Assembly: GCA_000165345.1 (NCBI GenBank)
Contig: CM000435.1
Coordinates: 352,001-416,000 of the forward strand
Reading direction: 5' to 3'
Length of the DNA: 64,000 nucleotides
The position numbers and the translations under genes were made by a program. The notes below the pieces were generated by a model. The model worked only from the letters and a program-made list of their open reading frames with translations, was not told the origin of the DNA and did no database searches. Every line of letters begins with the position of its first letter. Position 1 is the first letter of the stretch. Positions 38,384-49,279 of this stretch are shown piece after piece.

Positions 38384-40595
38384 ATGACTACAGAACCAGA
38401 GGTAAAAGAACAAGTCCTTTCAAAAAAGGCATTGAAAAAGCAAGAAAAACAAGCACTTAAAGAAGCTAAAAAGGCAGAGGCAAAGAGCAATCAGCAGCAA
38501 CAACAGCAATCAGTTCATTGGAGTTCAGTTATTGTACATTCAACTGAGGCATCTCCATATGGAGTAATTCCTTTTAATTGCAAAATTGAGAACAGGACTT
38601 TTTCAAAGATTAAGGAATTGAATTCTAACCAGAAAGGTGAGAAAATCTGGTTAAGAGGTAGAATTACGGAGTCCAGATGTAAAGGATCTTTAGGATTTGT
38701 ACTGCTCAGACAAACTTTCTATAGACTACAATTAGTTGTTGATGCTAATAATGGTAGTTCTAAGGAAATGATTAAATGGCTTGGATGCCTTCCAATTGAG
38801 AGTATGATCGATGTATATGGCACTATAGTAGTTCCAGAAACTCCAGTGGTTTCATCAACACAAGATATAGAGGTTTTAGTTGAAAGAGTTTACTGTGTCT
38901 CATCGGCTTGCAGTGAATTACCTTTCCAATTAAAAGATGCTAATAGGGTTGAAACTGAGGATGAGGATTCCACAATTATTAAAGTTCTACAAGATGTCAG
39001 ACTGGACAACAGAGTATTGGACTTGAGAACTTATTTGAGTCAGGCAATATTCAGAATTCAATCGGAAGTATGCAGATTGCTTAGGGAATTCCTCATAGAA
39101 AGAGAATTCATTGAGATTCATACTCCCAAACTTTTACCAGGTGCTTCCGAAAGTGGTGCCACTGTATTCAAAGTAGACTACTTCTCAAATACAGCTTGCT
39201 TAGCACAGTCACCTCAACTCCATAAACAAATGTCAATTTGTGGAGATTTAGAAAGAGTCTTTGAAATTGGTCCTGTTTTCAGAGCAGAAAATTCAAATAC
39301 TCACAGACATTTATGTGAGTTTGTTGGAGTTGATATTGAAATGAACATTGAAAATACTTATCATGAGTTGGTTGACGTTTTCGACGCTATGTTTAGACAT
39401 ATATTCCAAGGAATCAATACTCATTGCAAGAATGAATTACTTATTGTCTCGGAATATAATCCATTTACTCCTTTCGTCATTTCAGAAAAGACTCCACGTC
39501 TTACTTTTGAAGAAGGATGTAATCTCCTTAAGGAGGCAGGCGCTGAAATTCCAGAAGATCTGTCTGATTTTGATATTTCCACAGAGCAGGAAAGATTACT
39601 TGGTAAGTTCCATACTAAGAATTTTCTAGTAAGATTGAAAAGGGCAGGATTTGAGAAGAGCGGACATAATTTTAAATGTTATTGGACTTGAATTTCAAAT
39701 CCGTAGTTCTTTCTCATTCCTTTTGCTTATTTCATCTTACTATGATATTATTATCTATCAATTGATAATATTATAAACCTTTTTGAATATATTTAATTAT
39801 AACTAACCTAAATCATTAATTTCCTATTTAGGTTCTATTGTCAAGGAAAAATACAACTCAGATTTCTATATGATGCTTAAATATCCACTCAAAGTGAGAC
39901 CTTTTTACACAATGCCTGACTTTGATGAACCAGAGGTAAGTTAATCTTTTATTTTGCCTCCCAAGAAATATAGAAAGCTTGAAAGTATAAAATAGAGAGA
40001 AGAAACAAGGGGATTTAGGGATTTTAAGGGAAAATTGAAGATTTGCTTTCTTATTGAGGGATGATGATTGTTCATTCACCCATAGCCTGTAAACTCAAAC
40101 GTGTATTTGCACATGCGTGTAGATACAGCTACGTTTGAACCCTTGATGACAACTTTTCATGCATCACCAACTGACCTCAATATAGCTCTTCCCCATTTTC
40201 CTATACTTCCTCTACCCGCTTTTCCTCCCTTTTACTTCTCTTAGGAGCAATATAGACAGCTTGGGAGGCGTTCCCGCTTTTACATGCAAATAATTACCGC
40301 CAATTTCCCCACATTTTAGAAATGGTCCAATTCTTTTGACTTCTTTATGAGAGGAGAAGAAATATTAAGTGGAGCACAGAGAGTACATGATTACGATTTA
40401 TTAGTAAAAAGGTGCCAAGAGTGCGGTGTTTCAGAACATTCACTTAGAGACTACTTGAACTCATTCAAGCTCGGCGCTCCTCCCCATGGTGGATGTGGAA
40501 TTGGGCTTGAAAGAGTCATTATGCTCTTTTTGAATCTTGGAAATATCAGGAAGTCTTCAATGTTTCCTCGTGATCCAAAGAGACTTAGTCCATAA
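38384..40595 (+). CDS. Cytoplasmic aspartyl-tRNA synthetase, three exons
   Basis: Exons 38384-39602, 39832-39935 and 40320-40595. The first donor is G|GTAAGT; the second follows ..DFDEPE. Class II motifs [25 protein letters not shown] and [36 protein letters not shown]. Exon 2 ([29 protein letters not shown]) and the exon 3 start ([21 protein letters not shown]) restore collinearity with eukaryotic AspRS. TTTGGCGCCAA lies about 190 bp upstream. Confidence 0.85.
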
Positions 40596-40939
40596 AGTCT
40601 TATTTTATTTGACTCTAATTATGGTTATGCTGGACTGTACACCAATATTGCATACTCATTATTTAGTACATATACATTACTAGATTAAATATCTATTTAT
40701 GATTCTATATTAAAATATTAGTGAGCTTTATATAACACATCATTATCACTCTAAAAGTTTTCTCTAAACAAAGGCAAATTTTTTCTCTGGCATTTTCGTC
40801 GCCTTAATGTCTTTCTGTTATTTTATTACAAGATAAAAATATTTACCCGTAGCTCAAACTTTATTCTCTCTATTGTATGCAGAGACACAGACGTATGACC
40901 CCGCCTGGCACGAAGTTAATAGAAATGTAATAATATAAA

Positions 40940-41090
40940 AAAAGAGGTAAAAAGGGTACCCAGACATAATATATATTAAATAGGAGTAAAGTGAAATTAA
41001 ATAGTAAAGTTTAATGGCCAAATAAGAGGCAAAAAAAAGTTAAATTAAATATATAACAAAAGGGGGTAAAAAGAGGTAAAATAGAGAAAA
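40940..41090. repeat. Degenerate purine-rich GGTAAAA/GAGGTAAAA repeats upstream of the 41422 gene
   Basis: gaggtaaaaagggtacc, ggagtaaagtgaaattaaatagtaaag, gggggtaaaaagaggtaaaatagag. Confidence 0.5.
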
Positions 41091-41421
41091 AACGTTTGTA
41101 TAGACTGGACTATAATATGATCACAGGTACCTGCGGGGAATTAAAATAATTAAGTGACTAGAAAAGGTTTATGACTCTTATGTACAAGAAAGGAGAAAAA
41201 TTCGTTTTAAGAAATAAATTGTTAAGAGGAAGAGGAATTTGGTAGAGTTGAGTTTCCAAGTGATATTTAAACTTAATTGGGAGGCTGATTGGAATAGATA
41301 TTTAATAAATAAATAGAGAGAAATAGAGAAGAAAGGAGAGAGAAAGAAATAATAAATTAAGAAGTTTTGAATTCAAGGTGAAAGAAAGGTAAAAAACTTA
41401 ACGAGTTGAATAGTAAATAAT

Positions 41422-43944
41422 ATGGAAGAAGGATATGATTGGGACCAAATTAGCAGCTTCCAAATAGTGGATGGAATGAATATTTCAAGTTCATCATTAT
41501 TGGATGATGAGCTATTGATAACGTCGCCAGATTCATCAAATAATGGTAATAGTGTTTCATTGGAGCAAAGAGAATTCTCCAGACCAATTTGTTCGCCTCT
41601 TTCACAGTTTTTGGTAGGCTCTGACGGATCTAATTCAAAAAATGTAGGTCAGAAACATTTTTCACAACACCAACATACTAATAGTGCCGGTGGTGCTGGT
41701 GGAAGTAACTTTAACTTAAATAACAGCCATTCTTCAATTGTTGGTGAGTCTCAGCATTATGGATTACAATCTGGGTTAACAAACTCTGGAAATAATATTA
41801 GAGATAACTCAATATATAATACTGGATATCAATTTAATGATACTGAAAAGATTTCCACAACTGAAAAGGAATTTACTAAACGTAAACGTCCATATAGTAA
41901 TAATAGTAACAACAATATCAATGTTGGTAGTAACTCATCCAATAGAATTGGTAACTGTACTCAAAATAGTTTATCTGGAATTACCAGATCTGTTATGGGT
42001 ATTGGCGGAATTGGAGCAGGAGTTACAAATAACTCATTAACTAAGACTCCTAGCAAGACTCGTACCAGAAAAGTGCGAGAAAGTTCGGATGATTTTGGAA
42101 ATTCTTCAAGCGGACCGTCAGTTCATTCAAAGTCTGGCTACTCTTCAAATTCATCAGGAGAAAGTTGTTCTTTTGGCTCATCTTCAAATGTTTCTGAAGA
42201 CCTTAATTCTGTTAAGTATTATGAAGGATTTAAGCTACCTCTCGGAGACCTTGGAAGAAAAATGCTTCTTAAGAAATTGCGTGAAATACATACTCAAAAC
42301 CCAACGAAAATGGAGAAAGCTCTTACTGACCATGGACTTTCTTATACAAGAATTAGATTCGCAAGTGTCCAACAACTTTTCAAAATCTCTTATGTATGCG
42401 ATGTATTTGACTATGCTCTGAGCATACATTGTGAATTTGGAAGGCCAAGACATAGAGATTCTTCCAAAAGTGTCCAACTCTCCTCTGTAAATTCAAATTC
42501 AAATATGATGCAACAACAATCGCACTCAAATATATCATCCAGAAGAGTATTAGATTCTCAACAACATAACAATGGACTCGGTGGAGGAGCTGCAGTACAA
42601 GGAGGTATTTCTGAAAAATTTGAATCGCATTCTTCTATCGGCAATACAAATGGAGGAGTTATTCCAAGAGGACAAGGTCTTTTGGATGATTCTTCAAAAG
42701 TATTAGGAAAACTTGAGACTGATTTAGATACTTACACACCAGAAACATCCCCGTGTAGTCATCGATCATATTCCTCCAGTAAAAGTCTTTATTCAAAGGA
42801 TTCGAGCTTGATTTCTAATACACCATTAAACAAGATTGAACATGATATTACTTCACCAATTTCAATATTCTCCACTACAAGTGGTTCACCAGCCTCACAA
42901 AGAAAAAGAAGAGGATCTGCAAAGTCAAGTTATAATTTCTCACCTCCCCCTATTCCCGTTACAAACTCTCCAATACAATCAGGAGACCCAAAAGATATAT
43001 CTTCCTTGAATCCAGAGCTCTCTAACTTTATGAATAACCAGAACCTAATTAATTATAACATAATTCAAGGTAATGTATCCAATAATAATATGAATGGAAA
43101 CTCATCTGTTTCAGGATTTAGTACACAAAGTGATGTTTGTACCAGCCATTTTCCTGATCATCAGCAGCAACTTCACCATAATATTGGCCATTATAACAAT
43201 ATAAATAACCACATTCAAAATGGAGGCCGAGCTCCTCACCATCCTCCTCCTTCGTACCATAAGAAACACGAAGAACATGAACCTTTGGATTCGATGATTT
43301 CTATGAATAGCGGCTCAGATAGTGTTCTACAAAAGCCAGCAAAAAGACAAAAGATTAGGTCCAAAAAGAAGAATGCTTTGGCAGATATTAGAAGTGAGCC
43401 TCCAACACAGGCAACTTATTCTTATTCCAGCTCAACTCAGCCTGGAATAAATAATGGCTCGAGTATATTTGTCTGCGGAGATATTGATGAGATTTACTGT
43501 ACCTCAACAATTAACACTGAAGTTACCCCCTTTTACCAACCAGAATCGGAGATTGCTCACCTTGGTGAATTCGAGACATCTCATCATAGTCATAATTATC
43601 ATAACCATCACCAAGATTCAATCCATTTTATTTCTTCAACTGAATCACATGACCAGAATATTCCAATTTGTTCAGCATTTGGATCACCCTTTGATTCTTC
43701 TTTAATTATTAGCTCTTCCCTGGATACTGAAAGCTCCCAAAATTCTGGAATTATTACATGTGATAGCCCAACATCATTTTACCTGTATTCACAACCAAAT
43801 ATCTCTTCCAATTATGATGAATATATGGATTCTTCTTGTCTCAATGGATTCCTTACTCAGGGCTTAAATTCTATAGAAATGCTTAATTCGAGCGAGCTAG
43901 AAATGGACAACTTTGACATTGGATGTCCTTTAATTTCAATTTAA
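41422..43944 (+). CDS. Hypothetical S/N/G-rich low-complexity protein of 840 aa with one ordered central region. Possibly nuclear
   Basis: Long ORF dominated by Ser/Asn/Gly/His runs. The only ordered block is around VKYYEGFKLPLGDLGRKMLLKKLREIH...YALSIHCEFGRPRHRD. No confident domain call. Confidence 0.45.
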   Translation: MEEGYDWDQISSFQIVDGMNISSSSLLDDELLITSPDSSNNGNSVSLEQREFSRPICSPLSQFLVGSDGSNSKNVGQKHFSQHQHTNSAGGAGGSNFNLNNSHSSIVGESQHYGLQSGLTNSGNNIRDNSIYNTGYQFNDTEKISTTEKEFTKRKRPYSNNSNNNINVGSNSSNRIGNCTQNSLSGITRSVMGIGGIGAGVTNNSLTKTPSKTRTRKVRESSDDFGNSSSGPSVHSKSGYSSNSSGESCSFGSSSNVSEDLNSVKYYEGFKLPLGDLGRKMLLKKLREIHTQNPTKMEKALTDHGLSYTRIRFASVQQLFKISYVCDVFDYALSIHCEFGRPRHRDSSKSVQLSSVNSNSNMMQQQSHSNISSRRVLDSQQHNNGLGGGAAVQGGISEKFESHSSIGNTNGGVIPRGQGLLDDSSKVLGKLETDLDTYTPETSPCSHRSYSSSKSLYSKDSSLISNTPLNKIEHDITSPISIFSTTSGSPASQRKRRGSAKSSYNFSPPPIPVTNSPIQSGDPKDISSLNPELSNFMNNQNLINYNIIQGNVSNNNMNGNSSVSGFSTQSDVCTSHFPDHQQQLHHNIGHYNNINNHIQNGGRAPHHPPPSYHKKHEEHEPLDSMISMNSGSDSVLQKPAKRQKIRSKKKNALADIRSEPPTQATYSYSSSTQPGINNGSSIFVCGDIDEIYCTSTINTEVTPFYQPESEIAHLGEFETSHHSHNYHNHHQDSIHFISSTESHDQNIPICSAFGSPFDSSLIISSSLDTESSQNSGIITCDSPTSFYLYSQPNISSNYDEYMDSSCLNGFLTQGLNSIEMLNSSELEMDNFDIGCPLISI

Positions 43945-44622
43945 CAAAGTTCATTAACTTCTCAAAAACCGTCTGTCGTTTTGATAGACATTAATTATTA
44001 CTGCAATACTCTTTTGGTAATAATGATAACCTTTTATATCCAGTTTAATCTTAACTTCGAATACTTCTTCCTCATCCAAATCAAATTAATAGTTTTTAAG
44101 CTTTTGAGATAAATAATTTATGTACATATTTCTATATTCATTACGTCATCCCGATTATTATAATGCTTTTGAAAATATTATATATTTTAATATTCAAGTT
44201 TTGGAGCAATATAAGCACTAATTTGCTGTTATTTGCTTGCGCTCTTTTCCATTGAGAGGAAACTTGAAGCTTTGAAATTTTGGTCTCCACAATTATTTAA
44301 CGATTCAGTTGCTTTGGAAGAGTTAATTAACCCTCTTCGAGGGTCAACTAATTGCAGAAAATTTCTCTTTGCCTCTGCAAAATAAAAAAAAACAAAGGCC
44401 AACACATTTTTTTGCTATTTTTTATTTTTCTCTCTTTTTTTTCATTTTTATATGTAAAATATTCATTTTTGTGAATTTTAAGCATTCCCAATTCTTAAAT
44501 TGAACGTTATTGCTTTTTAATATTTTTTTCAAGGTTTTAAGTTAAAGGGGGATACAAACCAAAGATTAAATTGTAAATCAATATTAATTTATGCTTAAAA
44601 TCGACATAGTGGAAACAAAACT

Positions 44623-45402
44623 ATGTCTGATTCACAGAAACTGGATTCCAGGTACCTGAAAATACTGATTTCAGCAATTCTAATCATTGGTCCTTGTATT
44701 CTGTACTTTATTTCAACATCAAAATGGCTTTTTATGCAACATAATTACTTGTTAATTACCTTGAGTTATATACTTTTCATAATTATGACAACTTCCATGG
44801 TATTTACGTTTTTGAAAAATCCTGGAGTAATAATATCACAATCCAAGCTCAGCAATCCACCTTGCTCCATAGATTTACAGATTAATGCACAGATTGTTAA
44901 AGTCAAGTTCTGCTCTAATTGCAAAATTATCAGACCCCCACGAACTGTTCATTGTAATATCTGCAATCATTGCGTAGATAGGTTTGATCATCATTGTCCC
45001 TGGGTAGGAACATGTATCGGTGCAGGAAACTACAAATTGTTTATGTTATTCATCTCAACACTATTTTTACTTGAACTAGCCATGCTTTTGGGGTCATGCA
45101 AAATGGTAAACCATTTTACTTACGAAGCCTCGCATATACTAAATCTGGGAAATTCTACCAAAATCTTTGTTCACACAATGAATCACTCTGCTGGAGCGGC
45201 TGTAGTTATTGGGTTTGCTTGTTTTACCATCCTATTTTCACTTTCTCTCCTTATATTCCACTTGTATATTGGCGCCATGAACAAAACTACTTATGAAGAA
45301 ATTAAAAAACTTTATAGTGAGACTTCAAATCCATGGTATTCTGGAATTTCGAGGAATATAGCTGAGTTGTTTCTAAGTCCATCTCCAAAATTTAATTATT
45401 AG
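44623..45402 (+). CDS. DHHC-type protein S-palmitoyltransferase
   Basis: Four TM segments flank the DHHC cysteine-rich domain [44 protein letters not shown]. Confidence 0.85.
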   Translation: MSDSQKLDSRYLKILISAILIIGPCILYFISTSKWLFMQHNYLLITLSYILFIIMTTSMVFTFLKNPGVIISQSKLSNPPCSIDLQINAQIVKVKFCSNCKIIRPPRTVHCNICNHCVDRFDHHCPWVGTCIGAGNYKLFMLFISTLFLLELAMLLGSCKMVNHFTYEASHILNLGNSTKIFVHTMNHSAGAAVVIGFACFTILFSLSLLIFHLYIGAMNKTTYEEIKKLYSETSNPWYSGISRNIAELFLSPSPKFNY

Positions 45403-45598
45403 TGCGATGATTTGCATTAACTTTAAGTATTCTCATCAAATTGGTTGTTTAAATCAGCGCCAGACTCATCCATTTTAAGCTATTAACAGGTACTTTCATT
45501 CAAAAAGAACATATTTTAATCTTTTTTTTTCTTTAATTAAGATTTTATACTCCATTGAGAAAATTATTAATCAACCATAATAAATCATTATCAACCTT

Positions 45599-45985
45599 GT
45601 GATGGAAACCTCTTATAATGAAGAAACTGGAGAAAAAAACCTTCTTCAACTAAATCTTGCAAACCGAGTTTCTGAAAAACTTGCAAAGACTGGACTTTGG
45701 AAAAATATTAATGTAAAATGGTCACACAATATTCATTTACATATTGTTACTGCTGTTCAAATCTTATTTTCTTCCAAACAGTATCTCAAACTTTCTACCT
45801 TTATTCCTCTCAGCGATTTAGACCATATTGATTCCTCTTTTTTTGAAAATTTGCAACAAGACTCAAAAATCATTCTGCCTTATATCAACTCAAAAATTAG
45901 TCACCATTATGTTCTTGCTATTGTTAGTAGTGATGACGAACTTATACTTCAATCAGTTAACTTTGATCTTAAGAAAATTGTTTGA
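45599..45985 (+). CDS. Hypothetical small protein (128 aa)
   Basis: ORF only. Weak resemblance to a longin/sedlin-like fold at the C-terminus (HHYVLAIVSSDDELILQSV). Coding status uncertain. Confidence 0.3.
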   Translation: MMETSYNEETGEKNLLQLNLANRVSEKLAKTGLWKNINVKWSHNIHLHIVTAVQILFSSKQYLKLSTFIPLSDLDHIDSSFFENLQQDSKIILPYINSKISHHYVLAIVSSDDELILQSVNFDLKKIV

Positions 45986-46073
45986 TCCCAATTTTTTTAT
46001 TCAATTACTTTAAAATTTATTATGTTTTGCCGTTTTTTTAAAAAATTTGCACAATCATATTATAATATTCTTC

Positions 46074-46186
46074 CACATGCAAAACATACTTGCATTACCG
46101 GTACTAAAATTATTCACTGTTAACATTTTCATCCACATGGAAAAAAGTAATTATTGCATGCAATATAAAAATAAATACACGTAATG
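46074..46186. promoter_or_regulatory. CATGCAAAACA / ACCGGT / TTGCATGCAA / CACGTAAT cluster between convergent genes
   Basis: ccacatgcaaaacatacttgcattaccggtact...attattgcatgcaatataaaaataaatacacgtaatgac. Confidence 0.4.
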
Positions 46187-46296
46187 ACAGCCAAAATATA
46201 TTCAAAAAAAAGAAACTAAGGAATAAAGATTTTTCTTATATATAATTTAATTAAAAGTTTATAGCAGGGCTAGTAGTAGTTAAGGTTCAAGTTAAA

Positions 46297-46620
46297 TTAC
46301 TTTACATTTGCTAATTTTAGAATTGCTTCCTCATTCTTAAGCTCTAAATCTCTAGTGATGTACTCGAAGTCTCGTTTAATGTCGAAATTATAATCTCTTT
46401 CCAATGGAACCTGTTGAAAAGCAATGATTTAAAATAAATAGTTGAAAAAAAAAATCAAAAAGGTTCATCAATAACTTACCACGTCGTTAAGCTCGCAATC
46501 AATCTTCTCTTCCTGAATCTTCAACAACACCTTCTGAAACTTGGTTGTGGATTCCTCAGAAGTCATGAAACACCTACTTCTTGGCTTATAATTTTTAAAA
46601 ACCAAGTTTTCTTCTTTCAT
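46297..46620 (-). CDS. CCDC12-like small spliceosome-associated protein, two exons
   Basis: Exon 1 46480-46620 and exon 2 46297-46410, with a 69-nt intron and a GTAAGT donor. The product MKEENLVFKNYKP...ELNDVVPLERDYNFDIKRDFEYITRDLELKNEEAILKLANVK matches CCDC12 blocks (RNYVP ... LAPRKPDWDLKRDVAKKLEKL). TTGGCGCCAAAT lies 50 bp upstream. Confidence 0.5.
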
Positions 46621-46665
46621 CTTTTACTTTAATTTTTCCCACCCTAAAAATTCTGCAAATCAGAG

Positions 46666-46677
46666 TTGGCGCCAAAT
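46666..46677. promoter_or_regulatory. E2F-like TTGGCGCCAAAT in the divergent spacer between the CCDC12-like gene and RNase Z
   Basis: Exact match to cagagttggcgccaaatatg. Confidence 0.55.
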
Positions 46678-46813
46678 ATGCCTAAGGTCTAAATATACAT
46701 TTTTTTTTTAATAATTAGTCAAAGAAAAAAAAAGAATATCTTCCTTGGTTTCAGTTTCCCATTCATAAAAAATCAAGGAAAAATTGGTGATAATTACATA
46801 TCTCATTTGACTA

Positions 46814-49279
46814 ATGTCTGAGATACACTTCCAACGTATTGGGTCCAAACATCTTCTCTCCCCTCCATCTTTAGTACTTACATATAATGGAAATAAGTGT
46901 TTAATTAATGTTGGTGAAAATGTACAAAGATACTGCTTTGAACATAAAATCAGGCTTTCTAGATTAAGAAATATTCTTCTAACTAATATATCTGTTGAAA
47001 CTATTGGAGGTCTTCCAGGTCTTCTTCTTACATTAATAGGAGTTGGGGTTCAAAAGCTCAGAATTGTGGGGCCAGAACCCATAACTCGTTACTTAATTAT
47101 GTTTGGATATATAATTAGAACTCAGAAAAAGTATGAAAACTCTATAAACACTGTTGTATCTATTAATTCACAAGAATTTCTGGATAACTTTGATGGGATA
47201 AAATCCGATCTAGAAATTGAGATTATTGAGTTAATGCCATCTTCTTCTTCTGAGCCACTCAAACTTGAATTAGATCATGAACTTTTTCTTGAATGCTATC
47301 TAAATCATTCCTTTTCAGGATCTCAGACTTGTTTGGATTTTGAACATAATCAAATTCCAAACTCCAAAAAAAGATGTACCGAAAACTATTTATCTTGTTT
47401 ATCAAATCTATCCATATTGTACATGTTTGAGTTTCCAGAAAAAAGAGGAAAGTTTGATGTTATTAAAGCTAAAGAACTTGGTATTCCTCCAGGTCCTCTA
47501 TATTCCAAACTAAAGAATGGAGAAAGCGTACAAATTTCTGAATCAAGAATTATCCAGCCTAGTGATGTTTGCTCTCCCCCCATCAAGCTACCCTGGTCAA
47601 TCATTTTTCATACCCTAGATCCAACCGAGTTTGACTTCTTCTACTTTAGAATCTCTCAAATTCTCAAATTAAAAGGATTTGATTTAACTGAAACAGCTCA
47701 AAATTCTAGTAATTGCTCAAGTGAACAATACGAATCTTGTTCAAACTTTTATATATTCGAATTCCAAGCTTGTTTTGACTCTTTTTTAGACTTTAATAAC
47801 AATTTCTTAAAGCTTGATTCTTGCTTTATCCAAAATAAGTGTTATCTATCTAAAGGAACTATTAATGTTATAAGGCTAAATGAAAGATTAAATTTACTCA
47901 AAGATCAAGAAATTAACCCTTTTGTGACTTCTCAATTTCTTCAAGAGTTCCTAAGCCATATCTCCCCCAATCTATTTCCTTTACCATCAGCTAAAGTTGA
48001 TGAGTTTACTTGGAACCAACAGTTTTTCATATCATCAAACCAAAAATCTCTTCAAAATACTAACTCCATTGCAAATATACACAAAAAAAAAGCAAAGTTT
48101 GCTCCAATTTCACAAGAATCCGATGATCAAATCTTATTCCTAAAACAAGAATTTCAAGATATTTTTTCCAATTATATAGAAAACAATGAAAAAACACTTT
48201 TTCCTCTTTTATATGTTCTTGGAACAGGATCTGCAATTCCCTCGCCATATAGAAATGTCTCTGGTTACCTTTTACGTCTCGACGATAATACGAGCATGAT
48301 GCTAGACTGTGGGGAAGGCTCTATGTCCCAGCTTTTCATTCTTTGCAAGTTTGATTTTGACTTATTTTCAAAAATTATTGCTTCAATTAAGATCATTTTT
48401 ATTTCTCATCCCCATGAAGACCATTTTTTGGGTATTTTCAACCTTTTAAAACTAAAAAACTCTATCAATATTCAACAAAAAGTTGAAAATAGCTCTGAAT
48501 TAGTCAAAAATGACAATTTCTATCACATAAAATATGATGAAAACCTCCAAAGAGTCCAAGAAGTTTATTTTAATAATGAAATTAAAAGCAAGGATTTTAA
48601 GAACTTGTTAATTATTGGACCAAGAAAGGTAGAAAAGTTATACAATTTATTCCAAGAGAAAATTATACAAGACAAAGGAAATAGAATTAGAAATTGCGAA
48701 ATTTCTTTTATAGCTATAGAAAAGAGAATTAATAAAAGCTTTGATAAAATATCAGATCAAAGCAAACTGGTATTAGATGATTTCTTCTTAAAGCTTGAAC
48801 AATTCCCTGTTAAACATATAAAATCTTCTTATGGAGTAAAAGTAACATTTAAGCTTGAAAATAGTTTGAAAATTAGGGATGGTTATTCATTATTCAAAAT
48901 TGTATTTTCAGGAGATACTGCTACTCCATGTACATCTTTGGAATATGCATCAAAAGACTGTGATATCTTAATACATGAAGCAACTTTTGAGGATAGTTTA
49001 TCCAAAGATGCTCAAGAAAAGAATCATTCAACCATTTCTGGAGCAATAGGAACAGCTTATAATAGTTTAGCAAAGTTCCTTTTACTAACTCACTTTAGTC
49101 AAAGATACTTTAGCATGCCAAAAGTTGAAATGAAGAATGAGGATTTAAAGAGATACTTTTTAAATAACACGCTCTGTATGATGGATTTAATGATAATACC
49201 TTTAAAAATGGTGGGGAAATTAATAGAAAGATTCCACAATTTGAATGATTTAATTAGAGATTATTTGCCACAAGTTTAA
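46814..49279 (+). CDS. tRNA 3'-processing endonuclease RNase Z, long form (ELAC2-like)
   Basis: N-terminal pseudo-domain plus C-terminal metallo-beta-lactamase domain. Motifs LGTGSAIPSPYRNVSGYLL, HxHxDH (FISHPHEDHFLGI) and THFSQRY. Confidence 0.8.
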   Translation: MSEIHFQRIGSKHLLSPPSLVLTYNGNKCLINVGENVQRYCFEHKIRLSRLRNILLTNISVETIGGLPGLLLTLIGVGVQKLRIVGPEPITRYLIMFGYIIRTQKKYENSINTVVSINSQEFLDNFDGIKSDLEIEIIELMPSSSSEPLKLELDHELFLECYLNHSFSGSQTCLDFEHNQIPNSKKRCTENYLSCLSNLSILYMFEFPEKRGKFDVIKAKELGIPPGPLYSKLKNGESVQISESRIIQPSDVCSPPIKLPWSIIFHTLDPTEFDFFYFRISQILKLKGFDLTETAQNSSNCSSEQYESCSNFYIFEFQACFDSFLDFNNNFLKLDSCFIQNKCYLSKGTINVIRLNERLNLLKDQEINPFVTSQFLQEFLSHISPNLFPLPSAKVDEFTWNQQFFISSNQKSLQNTNSIANIHKKKAKFAPISQESDDQILFLKQEFQDIFSNYIENNEKTLFPLLYVLGTGSAIPSPYRNVSGYLLRLDDNTSMMLDCGEGSMSQLFILCKFDFDLFSKIIASIKIIFISHPHEDHFLGIFNLLKLKNSINIQQKVENSSELVKNDNFYHIKYDENLQRVQEVYFNNEIKSKDFKNLLIIGPRKVEKLYNLFQEKIIQDKGNRIRNCEISFIAIEKRINKSFDKISDQSKLVLDDFFLKLEQFPVKHIKSSYGVKVTFKLENSLKIRDGYSLFKIVFSGDTATPCTSLEYASKDCDILIHEATFEDSLSKDAQEKNHSTISGAIGTAYNSLAKFLLLTHFSQRYFSMPKVEMKNEDLKRYFLNNTLCMMDLMIIPLKMVGKLIERFHNLNDLIRDYLPQV

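Noticed and set aside
40870-40920. GC-richer patch (gaccccgcctggcacgaag) checked as a possible tRNA
   Set aside because: No acceptor or T-arm complementarity and no GTTCGA-type T-loop. No tRNA-like cloverleaf was found anywhere in the window.
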